From the NCBI GenBank assembly GCA_009937575.1, contig JAACFI010000005.1:140-64139 (forward strand): 64,000 nucleotides of DNA, in the 5' to 3' direction. This document shows, piece after piece, positions 1 to 9,186 of this stretch (its first letter is position 1; every line of letters begins with the position of its first letter). The translations under genes and the position numbers were made by a program. Source of the stretch: Haliea sp. (lineage in GTDB: Bacteria; Pseudomonadota; Gammaproteobacteria; Pseudomonadales; Halieaceae). The notes below the pieces were generated by a model, which was not told where the DNA came from, did no database searches, and saw only the letters and a program-made list of their open reading frames with translations.

Positions 1-43
1 ACTTTCGATAGGAAAAAAGGGGTGTTGGCATGGGGGCCACGAC

Positions 44-79
44 AATAAAAAGGACCGGTATTATAGCAATACCGGCCCT
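44..79 (-). terminator. Rho-independent terminator downstream of the TonB-dependent receptor gene
   Basis: Minus strand reads GGCCGGTATT-GCTAT-AATACCGGTCC (hairpin) followed by TTTTTATT, just after the stop codon at 107. Confidence 0.7.
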
Positions 80-106
80 GTTTCGTCAGGTTGTGGAAAC
101 GCCGGG

Positions 107-2437
107 TCAGAAGTCCTTGCGCAGGGTGACGCCCCAGGTGGCGGGTTCGTTGTAGTAGGCGATGAAACGTCCGGTCTGAGCCGTGGCATCGGCGATGGTA
201 TTGGTGGAGTCCTCGTCTGTCACGTTGCGTCCCCAGACTGTCAACTGCGCATCCCATTGCTCAAAGATAAGGCCGGCCCGCAGGTTGACCGTGCTATAAG
301 AATCGTCGTACTTCTCGGGGTCATTGTTCACGTCGGTCATGCGCTCGTCGGAGAATATGTATTCGCCATAAATGAAGCCCGTGAGTCCATCGGTCAGGTT
401 GAAATCCTGGTTCGCGGTAACGATCACCACGTTTTCCGGATTGCCGGACAGGTCGCCGCCGCTGCGATCGCAGCTGCCGTCTTCATTTTGTCCGGGGTCC
501 GGCTGACCGGTATGCCAGGGCGTACCGGTCCAGCAGAGAAAGCCCTGGAAGTCCTCATACTCTGCATGATTGTAGGCGTAGCCCAGGGTCAGGGTGGTGG
601 AGTCGGTGGGCAGCCAGGAGATGTCGGCCTCGCCGCCATAGGTCTCCGCGGTACCCGCGTTTTCCAGGATGAAGCCGCCACCCTGGAAAGAGATTGTCTG
701 CAGGTCATCGGTGTCGGTCATGTGCAGCGCAACATTGACCCGTAATGCCTGGTCGGGAAATTCCGCCTTCATGCCCACCTCGAAGGATTCCGATTCCTCC
801 GCATCGAAGAGTACGTCGAACTCCGGGGGTATGCGGTCCGTATTGATACCGCCCGATTTATAACCGGTGCCGTAAGAACCGTAGAACATGATGTCGTTGT
901 TCATGAACCAGCTGAGCTTGACGGTGCCGGTGACCTGGTCGTCGTCAAAATCTTCCTTGACATCAGGGTAAGGTGTCAGTGCGGCGAAGCCGTAGAAACC
1001 CCAGTTGTCTTCGAAAGGAGAGAAGGGTACCGGGGCGTCCTCCGTATAGCTGTTGCTCATGTCCTTGTCTTCATAGGTCCAGCGCAGTCCCGCAGTGAGC
1101 ACCAGGCTGTCCGTGAGGTTGTAGTCCGCCTGGCCGAATGCCGCATAACTTTCGTGTTCCTGTTCGTTGACATCGTAGGAACCACCGCCATCGACGAAGG
1201 CGTTGGCCGGGAGTCCGAGCAAGGCGGACAGATCACCGCCGACTGTAGTAGCCCGGTCGTTGTCCAGGTTCTGGGTATAGTAGTACAGGCCGGCGACGTA
1301 ACTGAGCTTCTCGCTCTCACTGGTAATCCGCAACTCCTGGGTGAACTGGTCCTGGCTGGCATCGTTCTGCTGGTAGGCGGTGTCCAGGTCGGTAAACAGG
1401 ATGTCGACGTCATCGAAGGAATCGTATTCGCGATAGGAGGTGATGCTGGTCACCAGGAAGTTGTCCGTTTCCCAGTCGATCTTCAGCGACACGCCCTTGT
1501 CCTCGTTCTCGGATACTGGTTTCCTGCTGACCGCGACCTTATAATCGTAGAAATCCCTCTGGTCCACTACAGTGCTGCCCAGGGCCACAGCGGTGGCATC
1601 GGTGCCAGACTCCGGACTGGTGGCGCCGTCCTGGGGAAAGAAGTTGTTTTTCCAGCTGCCGACCGCACAGCAGGTTTCGTTGACTTCCGAGTAGTCCCCG
1701 ATGAAACGGAAGGTAAGTGAGTCGTTGGGTGTATACAGGGCCTGGAAACGTGCGCCCCATCGGTCACGATCATTTATTGCGTCGTCGTCACCATTCACGA
1801 TATCCACGTAGCCGTCCCTGTTCATGACAAAACCGGTTGCGCGAACGGCCAGTACGTTCTCGATCAGGGTCAGAGACTTGGCACCGCTGGCGCTGTAGAG
1901 ATCGTAGTCACCCGCGGTGGCTTCCAGGAAGCCGCTACCCTCGAAGTCCGCTCCAACGGTGTTGAGCTGTATAGCGCCGGCGGGTGTGTTACGTCCGAAC
2001 AGGGTACCCTGCGGGCCGCGGAGCACTTCCACGCTGGCGATATCGACCAGGTTGTTGATCATCGAACTCTGCCGGGCCCGGTAGACCCCGTCAACATACA
2101 GGCCCACCGAGGGTTCGAGGCCGAAGTTCTGCGAACTGGTGAATATGCCGCGGATTGAAAACGTGGTGGTACTGGAGTTCTGGGTCTGGCCGACGATCAG
2201 GCTGGGGGCGTTGGCCTGCAGATCGAACATGTCCTTGACTCCGGACTGCTTTATCATCTCCCCGCTAAAGGCGGACACTGCAATCGGCACATCCTGCAGG
2301 CTCTGCTCCCGTTTCTGGGCGGTGACGATGACTTCTTCCAGCACCGTCTGTGCTGAAACACTGGCCGGAACGGCGATGCCAAGCGTGGTGGCGACGGCAA
2401 TCGCCAGTTTGTGCTGCCTGTACGAGGTCGTTTTCAT
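107..2437 (-). CDS. TonB-dependent outer-membrane receptor
   Basis: Signal peptide (AIAVATTLGIAVPASVSA), plug region EEVIVTAQKREQSLQDVPIAVSAFSG, and a long beta-barrel ending in a terminal Phe. Start placed at ATG 2437 (MKTTSYRQ) because a GGGGA Shine-Dalgarno lies about 7 nt upstream. The ORF track extends to 2476. Confidence 0.9.
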   Translation of the reverse strand: MKTTSYRQHKLAIAVATTLGIAVPASVSAQTVLEEVIVTAQKREQSLQDVPIAVSAFSGEMIKQSGVKDMFDLQANAPSLIVGQTQNSSTTTFSIRGIFTSSQNFGLEPSVGLYVDGVYRARQSSMINNLVDIASVEVLRGPQGTLFGRNTPAGAIQLNTVGADFEGSGFLEATAGDYDLYSASGAKSLTLIENVLAVRATGFVMNRDGYVDIVNGDDDAINDRDRWGARFQALYTPNDSLTFRFIGDYSEVNETCCAVGSWKNNFFPQDGATSPESGTDATAVALGSTVVDQRDFYDYKVAVSRKPVSENEDKGVSLKIDWETDNFLVTSITSYREYDSFDDVDILFTDLDTAYQQNDASQDQFTQELRITSESEKLSYVAGLYYYTQNLDNDRATTVGGDLSALLGLPANAFVDGGGSYDVNEQEHESYAAFGQADYNLTDSLVLTAGLRWTYEDKDMSNSYTEDAPVPFSPFEDNWGFYGFAALTPYPDVKEDFDDDQVTGTVKLSWFMNNDIMFYGSYGTGYKSGGINTDRIPPEFDVLFDAEESESFEVGMKAEFPDQALRVNVALHMTDTDDLQTISFQGGGFILENAGTAETYGGEADISWLPTDSTTLTLGYAYNHAEYEDFQGFLCWTGTPWHTGQPDPGQNEDGSCDRSGGDLSGNPENVVIVTANQDFNLTDGLTGFIYGEYIFSDERMTDVNNDPEKYDDSYSTVNLRAGLIFEQWDAQLTVWGRNVTDEDSTNTIADATAQTGRFIAYYNEPATWGVTLRKDF

Positions 2438-2539
2438 TATCGATTTCCCCTGTTTAGTTGTTAGCGGCGCATACATTTCATCATACTTATTTTCGCCCGG
2501 ATACCCACGGTAATATTCCCGCGATTGCCGGCTACACTT

Positions 2540-3403
2540 TCAGGCCCCTTTCTCCGGCCTGTGCCCTGGGAGCGGCAGGTGGGCGCCACAGTAACGGCAG
2601 TAGTGGGAGTGGGGGTCCGCTTCCACGTGGGCGCAATTGGTGCAGTTGCGGGACTGCGCGGTGGTGCGTTCTCGCCTGGCCTGCTCGCTGAGGGTCAGTT
2701 CCGCGGTGACAATGCCAGTGGGGACCGCGATCACCGCGTAGCCGATCAGCATGCCGATCGCCGAGATGGCGCGACCGATGGCCGTCTGGGGAACGATATC
2801 ACCGTAGCCCACGGTGGTGATGGTGACGATCGCCCAGTAGATGCTCTTGGGGATGGTGTGAAAACCGTTTTCCGAGCCTTCCACCACATAGATCAGGCAG
2901 CCGAAGATCGTCGCCAGGATAATCACCAGCGAAAAGAAAACAAAAATCTTGCGTGCAGAGCGATTCAGCGCGGCAGCCAGTTCGTTGGCCTCCCGCAATA
3001 GCGATAGCAGGCGCAGGACGCGAAAGATCCGCAGGATACGCAACAGGCGGATAATCAGCAGGGGTGCGGCCTGGGGCAGCAACAGTGACAGGTAGGTAGG
3101 CAGCAGGGCCAGCAGGTCGATAAGTCCGTAGACGCTGAGCATATAGCCCCGCCGGTTGGGGGTGCACCAGATCCTCACCAGGTATTCGACCGTAAACAGG
3201 GCGGTGAATACCCATTCTATCTGCAGGTAGAGAGGGCCGTAATGCGCGTGCAGTTTCGGAATGGAATCCAGCATGATTACCGCGACACTTGCCAGGATCA
3301 CCAGGATCAGGACGATGTCGAACCATTTCCCCGCAGGCGTCTCGGTGCCGAAGATTACCTCGTAAAACCGCTGCTGCAGTGGCGTCTGCTGTCGTTTCGA
3401 CAT
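2540..3403 (-). CDS. Voltage-gated (Kv-type, 6TM) potassium channel with C-terminal zinc-ribbon-like tail
   Basis: S4 helix with Arg at every third position (IIRLLRILRIFRVLRLLSLLR), K+ selectivity filter TTVGYGD, and a C-terminal CTNC...CRYC motif. Confidence 0.85.
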   Translation of the reverse strand: MSKRQQTPLQQRFYEVIFGTETPAGKWFDIVLILVILASVAVIMLDSIPKLHAHYGPLYLQIEWVFTALFTVEYLVRIWCTPNRRGYMLSVYGLIDLLALLPTYLSLLLPQAAPLLIIRLLRILRIFRVLRLLSLLREANELAAALNRSARKIFVFFSLVIILATIFGCLIYVVEGSENGFHTIPKSIYWAIVTITTVGYGDIVPQTAIGRAISAIGMLIGYAVIAVPTGIVTAELTLSEQARRERTTAQSRNCTNCAHVEADPHSHYCRYCGAHLPLPGHRPEKGA

Positions 3404-3487
3404 GTCGTTATTGTCATTCGCTGCCCGGGCACTGGTGGTTTCACTATATTAGAGCCGTGCGCCTTTGTACATCCGCCAGGGGGGTGC

Positions 3488-4777
3488 TCAGGCCTGGGCC
3501 ACCACGTCCACCATGGCGGCAGTCAGGCTGGCCAGGTCGTCGCTGCCCATGATGTAGGGAGGCATGGCGTAGACCAGTTTGCCGAAGGGGCGAATCCAGA
3601 CCCCGCGCTCGACGAACATGGGCTGGATGCGTTTCATGTCCACGGCTTCCTTCAGTTCTATCACCCCGATGGCGCCCAGGGTGCGTACCTCTGCCACCTG
3701 CTCCAGCTCCCGCGCGGGAGCCAGCCCCTGCTCCAGCTCGCTGTTAAGGCGCCTTATGGTGCGCTGCCAGGGCTGGGAGAGCAGCAGCTCTGTGCTGGCG
3801 ATGGCGGTGGCGCAGGCCAGGGGATTGGCCATAAAGGTGGGGCCGTGCATGAAGGCGCCGGCTTCGCCTTCGCTGATTCCGGTGGCAACCTGGCCGGTAC
3901 ACAGGGTGGCTGCCAGGGTCATGTAGCCACCGGTCAGCGCCTTGCCCAGGCACAGGATATCCGGCTCCACCTCCGCGTGCTCCAGGGCGAACAGCTTGCC
4001 GGTGCGGCCGAAACCGGTAGCGATTTCGTCGAAGATCAACAGCACGTCGAAGGCGTCGCACAGGGCCCGCAGTTGCACCAGGTAGTCCGGGCAGTAGAAG
4101 CGCATGCCGCCGGCGCCCTGGACCACCGGCTCCACGATCACCGCCGCAATTTCCTGGTGGTGCACGGACAGCAATTCCGTCATGGCAGCCAGTTCCTGTT
4201 CCGGGCAGTCCCCGTCAAAAGGGCATTGTGGAGCCGGTGCAAAAAAATGCTTTGGCAACACCTCTCCGAACAGGTGGTGCATGCCGGTCTCGGGGTCGCA
4301 CAGGGACATGGCCCCGAAAGTGTCACCGTGGTAGCCATTGCGCAGGGCCACCAGTTTCTGCTTTCCGGGTCTGCCCATCGAGTACCAGTACTGGATAGCC
4401 ATCTTCAGCGCCACCTCAACCGCCACCGAGCCCGAGTCGCTGAAAAATACCCGTTCCAGCGCAGGCGGCGTGAGCTCCGTCAGCAGCCGCGCCAGTTTTA
4501 CCGCCGGTGGGTGGGTGAGGCCGCCGAACATCACGTGGGACATATCGAACAGCTGGTCGCGCACCGCGCGGTTGAGGGCCGGGTTGTTGTAACCGTGGAT
4601 GGCACACCACCAGGATGACATGCCGTCGAGTAGTCGCCTGCCGTCGGCCAGTTCCAGGTGAACACCGTGGGCGGCTATAACGGGAAAAATCTCCGGGACA
4701 TCGGTGGCGGAGGCGTAGGGGTGCCAGATAACCCGCCGGTCATCCTTCTGCAGTTGGTCCCAGTCAGGCCAGTTCAT
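3488..4777 (-). CDS. bioA: Adenosylmethionine-8-amino-7-oxononanoate aminotransferase
   Basis: 429-aa class-III aminotransferase. N-terminal region (VIWHPYAS...SSWWCAIHGYNNPALN) is typical of BioA. Its ATG overlaps the tesA stop (ATGA at 4774-4777). Confidence 0.88.
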   Translation of the reverse strand: MNWPDWDQLQKDDRRVIWHPYASATDVPEIFPVIAAHGVHLELADGRRLLDGMSSWWCAIHGYNNPALNRAVRDQLFDMSHVMFGGLTHPPAVKLARLLTELTPPALERVFFSDSGSVAVEVALKMAIQYWYSMGRPGKQKLVALRNGYHGDTFGAMSLCDPETGMHHLFGEVLPKHFFAPAPQCPFDGDCPEQELAAMTELLSVHHQEIAAVIVEPVVQGAGGMRFYCPDYLVQLRALCDAFDVLLIFDEIATGFGRTGKLFALEHAEVEPDILCLGKALTGGYMTLAATLCTGQVATGISEGEAGAFMHGPTFMANPLACATAIASTELLLSQPWQRTIRRLNSELEQGLAPARELEQVAEVRTLGAIGVIELKEAVDMKRIQPMFVERGVWIRPFGKLVYAMPPYIMGSDDLASLTAAMVDVVAQA

Positions 4778-5409
4778 AGTTGCTTCAACACCTCCAGCAC
4801 CGTGGGCCGGATGTTGTCCAGCAGCAGTGGCTGGGCCTCCGCGGTGGGGTGAATGCCATCGGCCTGCATCAGGTCCGGGTCGGTGGCCACTCCCCCGAAA
4901 ATCAGCGGTGCCAGGGTGCTGCTGGTCTCAGAGGCCACCAGGGCAAAACTTTCCGAGAAGGCCGAGGTGTAGCGGCGCCCGTAATTGGGGGGAATGGCCA
5001 CAGGCACCAGGATGACTTTGGCGCCCTTGTCACTGGCCAGCGCCGCCAGCCGGCGCAGATTGTCGCGCAACTGGCTGACCGGGTAGCCCCGCAGGCCGTC
5101 GTTGCCGCCGAGTTCGATGATCACCAGGGATGGCCGGTGCGCTTCCAGCAGTTCCGGCAGCCGTCGCAGGCCCCCGCCGGAGGTTTCACCGCTGATGCTG
5201 GCGTTGACCACTGTGTACTGCGGGTATTTTTCGGCCAGTTCCCGCTCGAACAGCGCGACCCAGCCCTGTTCCAGAGACATACCATAGCCAGCGCTGATAC
5301 TATCCCCCAGCACCAGGATATTGCGGGTCATGGCCTGGCTGTTGCCGGCCAGGGCCAGCAATCCGATCAGTATGGCCAGACGTAACCGGTTGTAGAGGAA
5401 GCGATGCAT
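4774..5409 (-). CDS. tesA: SGNH/GDSL arylesterase / acyl-CoA thioesterase I (TesA-like), secreted
   Basis: Signal peptide [26 protein letters not shown], then ILVLGDSISAGYG (block I Ser), GGNDGLRG, and C-terminal DGIHP. Start taken at ATG 5409. The longer ORF-track version (to 5751) is an Arg/Pro/Ser-rich extension overlapping ybbA. Confidence 0.85.
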   Translation of the reverse strand: MHRFLYNRLRLAILIGLLALAGNSQAMTRNILVLGDSISAGYGMSLEQGWVALFERELAEKYPQYTVVNASISGETSGGGLRRLPELLEAHRPSLVIIELGGNDGLRGYPVSQLRDNLRRLAALASDKGAKVILVPVAIPPNYGRRYTSAFSESFALVASETSSTLAPLIFGGVATDPDLMQADGIHPTAEAQPLLLDNIRPTVLEVLKQL

Positions 5410-6073
5410 GATTAAAACCGAGAATCTCCAGAAACGGGTCCCCATGACGGGGGGCGAGCTGGAAATACTGAAAGGGATCAGCCTGGAAATCAAGTCGGGG
5501 GAATCCGTGGCGATCGTCGGGGCGTCAGGATCGGGTAAATCGACCCTGCTCGGCCTGCTGGCTGGCCTGGACCAGGCCAGTGGCGGCCGGGTGGTGATCG
5601 GTGATACCGACCTGGGGCAGCTGGACGAGGACGGGCGCGCCCTGTTCCGCGGGCGCGAGGTGGGTTTCGTGTTCCAGTCTTTCCAGCTGTTGCCGGCGCT
5701 GACCGCACTGGAAAACGTCATGCTGCCCCTGGAGCTGCAGGGGCAGGCCAACGCCCGGGAGCAGGCGGCGCACTACCTGGAGCGGGTGGAGCTGGCGGAG
5801 CGCGTGAGCCACTATCCCAGGCAGCTGTCCGGGGGCGAGCAACAACGGGTGGCTATCGCCAGGGCCTTCGCCGCGCGGCCGACTATCCTGTTTGCCGACG
5901 AGCCCACCGGCAACCTGGATACCCGCACCGGCAGTCACATCATCGACCTGTTGTTCGAGCTGAACCGGGAGGAGGGCACCACCCTGGTGCTGGTCACCCA
6001 CGACCAAACGTTGGCCGCACGCTGTGAACGACGCCTGTGTATCGAAGCCGGTGAATTGGTAGCGGCGGCCTGA
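5408..6073 (+). CDS. ybbA: ABC transporter ATP-binding protein (YbbA/LolD-like)
   Basis: Walker [10 protein letters not shown], signature LSGGEQQRV, Walker [13 protein letters not shown]. Divergent from tesA, as in E. coli. Confidence 0.88.
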   Translation: MIKTENLQKRVPMTGGELEILKGISLEIKSGESVAIVGASGSGKSTLLGLLAGLDQASGGRVVIGDTDLGQLDEDGRALFRGREVGFVFQSFQLLPALTALENVMLPLELQGQANAREQAAHYLERVELAERVSHYPRQLSGGEQQRVAIARAFAARPTILFADEPTGNLDTRTGSHIIDLLFELNREEGTTLVLVTHDQTLAARCERRLCIEAGELVAAA

Positions 6074-6077
6074 CCTT

Positions 6078-8552
6078 ATGTCGATGACAGCGACACGCAT
6101 GCTGGCGAGGGACTGGCGCGGTGGGGAACTGGGTGTGCTGGTGATGGCCCTGGTACTGGCGGTAGGGACAGTGGCGGGTATCAGCGCCTTTACCACCCGC
6201 CTGCAGAGTGCCCTGGAACAGGAGAGCCACCGTTTCCTGGCGGCGGATGCAGTGGTGCGCAGCAGTCGCGACCTGCCCGAGGCCTGGTTGCGTGAAGCCC
6301 GGGGGCGGGGCCTGCGACTGGCGCGTACCCTGTCGTTTCCTTCCATGGTGTATGCCGGGGAGGAGGCCATGTACCTGGCTTCGGTGAAGGCGGTCAGTGA
6401 TGAGTATCCCCTGCGAGGCGAACTGACCCGCAGCGAGGAGCCCTTCGGTGAGATCCGTCCGGCCCGCGCCGGGCCCGGGCCTGGGGAGGTGTGGCTTGAT
6501 TCCCGCCTGTTTCCCCTGCTGGACGTGGCAGTCGGGCAGCGGGTGGGCATCGGCGATGCGGAGTTTACGGTGACGGCTGCGGCCCGCACCGAGCCGGACC
6601 AGGGGGCGTCTTTTTACGGTTACGGTCCGCGGGTGTTGATGCATTACGGTGATATCCCGGCCACCGGGGTGGTACAGCCCGGCAGCCGGGTGGAATACCG
6701 GCAGCTCTACGCGGGTGAGCCGGAGTCCGTGACGGCTTTTGCCGGCTGGTTGAAACCGCAGCTGGTCAATGGCCAGTCCCTGCTGGATGTCAACGATGGA
6801 CAGCCCGGCATCGGCAGCGCCCTTAAGAGGGCGGAAAGTTTCCTGTTGCTCGCCGGTAGCCTGGCGGTGGTGCTGGCCGGGGTGGCCATCGCCCTGGCGG
6901 CGCGTCGCTTCAGCGAGCGGCATAACGACTATGTCGCCATCATGAAAAGCCTGGGTGCGACCTCGGCGGCGGTTAATCGCCTTTACGGCCGCAGCCTGCT
7001 GTTGTTGGGTGCGACCGCTACCCTGGCGGGCTGCCTGCTGGGCTGGGGCCTGCAGGCCATGTTTTTCCAGTTGTTTGCGGAGCAGCTGCCGGTGAAGCCC
7101 GGCCCCAGCGGCCTGCGCCCCTATGCAATAGGCAGCGCTACCTCGCTTACCTGCCTGCTGTGTTTCGCCTGGCCGCCCCTGCGGCGTCTCGCCCAGGCCA
7201 GCCCCCTGCGGGTGTTGCGCAGGGACCTGCCCCTGGAAAACCGCCGCACCCTGGGCGATTACAGTCTCGGCCTGCTCGCGGTTTCCCTGTTGATGTGGTG
7301 GTACAGTGGTGACTGGCGCCTGACCCTGGCGGTGCTGGCAGGGCTTGCGATCACCGTGGCGCTGGGGCTCTGCCTGGCACTCACCCTGCTTCGCGGTGGC
7401 AGGCTGGTGGGCATGAGCGCCGGCAGTATCTGGCGCCTGGCCCTGGCGGGGCTGCAGCGCCGCGGCACCGCGAATGCCCTGCAGGTGGTGATTTTCGCCA
7501 TGGCCATCATGCTGCTCCTGGTCCTGCTGCTGGTGCGTACCTCCCTGATCGACGAGTGGCAGATGCAGTTGCCGGAAGACACGCCGAATCATTTCATTAT
7601 CAATATCGGGCCGGAACAGGTGCAGGCGGTGGACCAGATGCTGCGCCAGCAGCAGATCGCCAGCGAACCCCTGTACCCGATGATCCGCGGGCGGATCATG
7701 TCGGTCAACGGCGAGGAACTGCCACAGACCGAGGACCGCACCCAGGACCGGCGCCAGCGGGAATCCAATTTCACCTGGTCGACCACCCTGCCCGGGGACA
7801 ATCGGTTGGCGGCAGGGCGCTGGTGGGACCCCGAAACGACAGAGGCGCTGGTGTCCCTTGAGAGCGGATACGCGGAACGCCTGGGTGTCGGCATCGGCGA
7901 TACCCTGGGTTTCCTGGTGGGCTCGCGACCGCTGCAGGCGACTGTTGCCAGTATCCGTGAGCTGGAGTGGCAGTCAATGCGCCCCAATTTCTTCCTGATT
8001 TTCCCGCCGCGGCTGTTGGCGGATTACCCGGCCACCTTCATGACCAGTTTCCACCTGGAAGCCTCAGACAAGCGTTTCCTCAATCGATTCATCCGCGAGT
8101 TCCCCACGGTGACGGTGATCGAGATGGACGTGGTGGTGGAACAGGTGCGATCTATCGTGCGCCAGGTATCGGCGGCCATCGAGCTGGTGCTGGTGGTGAT
8201 CCTGGCTGCCGGGGGGCTGGTGCTGGTGGCAGGGGTACAGGCCAGTGTCGACGCGCGCATGCAGGAGAGCGCCATCCTGCGGGCACTGGGAGCCCGCAGA
8301 CGCTTGGTGCTGGGGGGGCTGTTGATCGAGTTCGCCACCCTGGGCCTGTTTGCGGGCCTGTTGGCCACCGTGGCGGCGGAGTTGTCGGTCTACATCCTGC
8401 AGACCTGGGTGATGGACATGCATTACGCCCCTTCCCCGCGGATCTGGCCCGCCGGCCTGGTCTGCGGATCGCTGCTGGTCGGGGGGCTGGGAGTGTTCAG
8501 CTGCCGCAAGGTAGTGTCGAGTCCACCCCTGGCTTTACTGCGGGAACTCTAG
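6078..8552 (+). CDS. ybbP: ABC transporter permease with duplicated FtsX-type modules (YbbP-like)
   Basis: 824-aa polytopic membrane protein starting 4 nt after the ATPase gene. Two hydrophobic modules are separated by large soluble loops. Confidence 0.82.
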   Translation: MSMTATRMLARDWRGGELGVLVMALVLAVGTVAGISAFTTRLQSALEQESHRFLAADAVVRSSRDLPEAWLREARGRGLRLARTLSFPSMVYAGEEAMYLASVKAVSDEYPLRGELTRSEEPFGEIRPARAGPGPGEVWLDSRLFPLLDVAVGQRVGIGDAEFTVTAAARTEPDQGASFYGYGPRVLMHYGDIPATGVVQPGSRVEYRQLYAGEPESVTAFAGWLKPQLVNGQSLLDVNDGQPGIGSALKRAESFLLLAGSLAVVLAGVAIALAARRFSERHNDYVAIMKSLGATSAAVNRLYGRSLLLLGATATLAGCLLGWGLQAMFFQLFAEQLPVKPGPSGLRPYAIGSATSLTCLLCFAWPPLRRLAQASPLRVLRRDLPLENRRTLGDYSLGLLAVSLLMWWYSGDWRLTLAVLAGLAITVALGLCLALTLLRGGRLVGMSAGSIWRLALAGLQRRGTANALQVVIFAMAIMLLLVLLLVRTSLIDEWQMQLPEDTPNHFIINIGPEQVQAVDQMLRQQQIASEPLYPMIRGRIMSVNGEELPQTEDRTQDRRQRESNFTWSTTLPGDNRLAAGRWWDPETTEALVSLESGYAERLGVGIGDTLGFLVGSRPLQATVASIRELEWQSMRPNFFLIFPPRLLADYPATFMTSFHLEASDKRFLNRFIREFPTVTVIEMDVVVEQVRSIVRQVSAAIELVLVVILAAGGLVLVAGVQASVDARMQESAILRALGARRRLVLGGLLIEFATLGLFAGLLATVAAELSVYILQTWVMDMHYAPSPRIWPAGLVCGSLLVGGLGVFSCRKVVSSPPLALLREL

Positions 8553-8565
8553 CAGGGCGCCCTAC

Positions 8566-9186
8566 TTACTCCCGGCTGATACCGGCGATAAAGGTCTGCA
8601 CACCGATGTCCACCTGGCGATGCAGGTCGATATGGCGCTCGAACAGCTCCGGCGCATCCACCTTCAGGGTGGCCAGGCCGTAGATACTGGACCAGCCGGC
8701 ATTGGTCAGGTAGACCAGGTCGTCGTCGAAATGGTAGATGCCCCGGTCAATGCCCAGTTGCAGCATCTCGCGAACCAGAGCCAGGGTGTCACGGCTGGCC
8801 TCGCGCAGTTCCGGGTACTTCTGCATAGGCTGTACCGTCGGGCCGAACATCAGCTTGAACAGCTGCGGATTGCTGGCCGCATAGTCGACATAGGCGTGGG
8901 CTACCGCGACCAGTTTCGCTTTCGGGCAGTCCCCGGCGGACTGCTCCGCCTGGCGCAGGGCGGATAGCAGTTGCCGGTAACCACGGGTAGCCATGGCCGC
9001 CAGCAGTTCGCCCTTGTCGGCGAAATGGCGGTAGGGCGCGGTCTGGGAAACGCCGATGGCGCGGGCCAGGGCCCGCAGGCTGAGGTCGTCAGCGCCGGTT
9101 TCACGCAGTTGCTCTATGGCAGTGTCCAGCAGCTCCGCGCGCAGGTTGCCGTGGTGATAGCTCTTGGTCGTGGCGGTTTCGGTCAT
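8566..9186 (-). CDS. TetR/AcrR family transcriptional regulator
   Basis: N-terminal [23 protein letters not shown]. Its ATG overlaps the mdh stop (ATGA at 9183-9186). Confidence 0.88.
   Translation of the reverse strand: MTETATTKSYHHGNLRAELLDTAIEQLRETGADDLSLRALARAIGVSQTAPYRHFADKGELLAAMATRGYRQLLSALRQAEQSAGDCPKAKLVAVAHAYVDYAASNPQLFKLMFGPTVQPMQKYPELREASRDTLALVREMLQLGIDRGIYHFDDDLVYLTNAGWSSIYGLATLKVDAPELFERHIDLHRQVDIGVQTFIAGISRE

Noticed and set aside
2425-2450. Fur-box-like GATAATGAAAAC overlapping the TonB-dependent receptor start codon.
   Set aside because: It matches only about half of the 19-bp Fur consensus and lies over the start codon rather than the promoter. This is insufficient to call iron regulation.
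4774-5409. TesA-like esterase translationally coupled to bioA as a possible non-orthologous replacement of BioH (pimeloyl-ACP methyl ester esterase).
   Set aside because: The protein carries a clear signal peptide (LAILIGLLALAGNSQA) and sits in the conserved tesA/ybbA/ybbP arrangement. It is therefore most likely the periplasmic TesA, which is not compatible with a cytoplasmic biotin-pathway step.
4774-5751. N-terminal extensions in the ORF track: 4774..5751, 9183..10352, 15842..16459, 16402..16938, 27101..29233, 40438..41523, 42723..44036, 44219..44707, 55762..58317, 61796..62845.
   Set aside because: The extensions overlap the preceding gene or a terminator and lack family homology. Internal starts with Shine-Dalgarno sequences or ATGA/TGATG coupling give proteins of canonical length and N-termini.
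5994-7592. Very long ORFs antisense to or overlapping the real genes. Examples: 5994..7592(-) 532 aa, 3242..4618(+) 458 aa, 11548..13113(-) 521 aa, 25566..27281(-) 571 aa, 28945..30348(-) 467 aa, 42759..44066(+) 435 aa, 45088..46326(-) 412 aa, 47783..49735(-) 650 aa, 54282..55592(-) 436 aa, 58527..59915(-) 462 aa.
   Set aside because: Each lies opposite or out of frame to a gene with unmistakable family motifs. Their products are Arg/Gly/Pro/His/Gln-rich low-complexity strings with no recognisable domains. This is the expected stop-codon-poor shadow frame of high-GC coding DNA.
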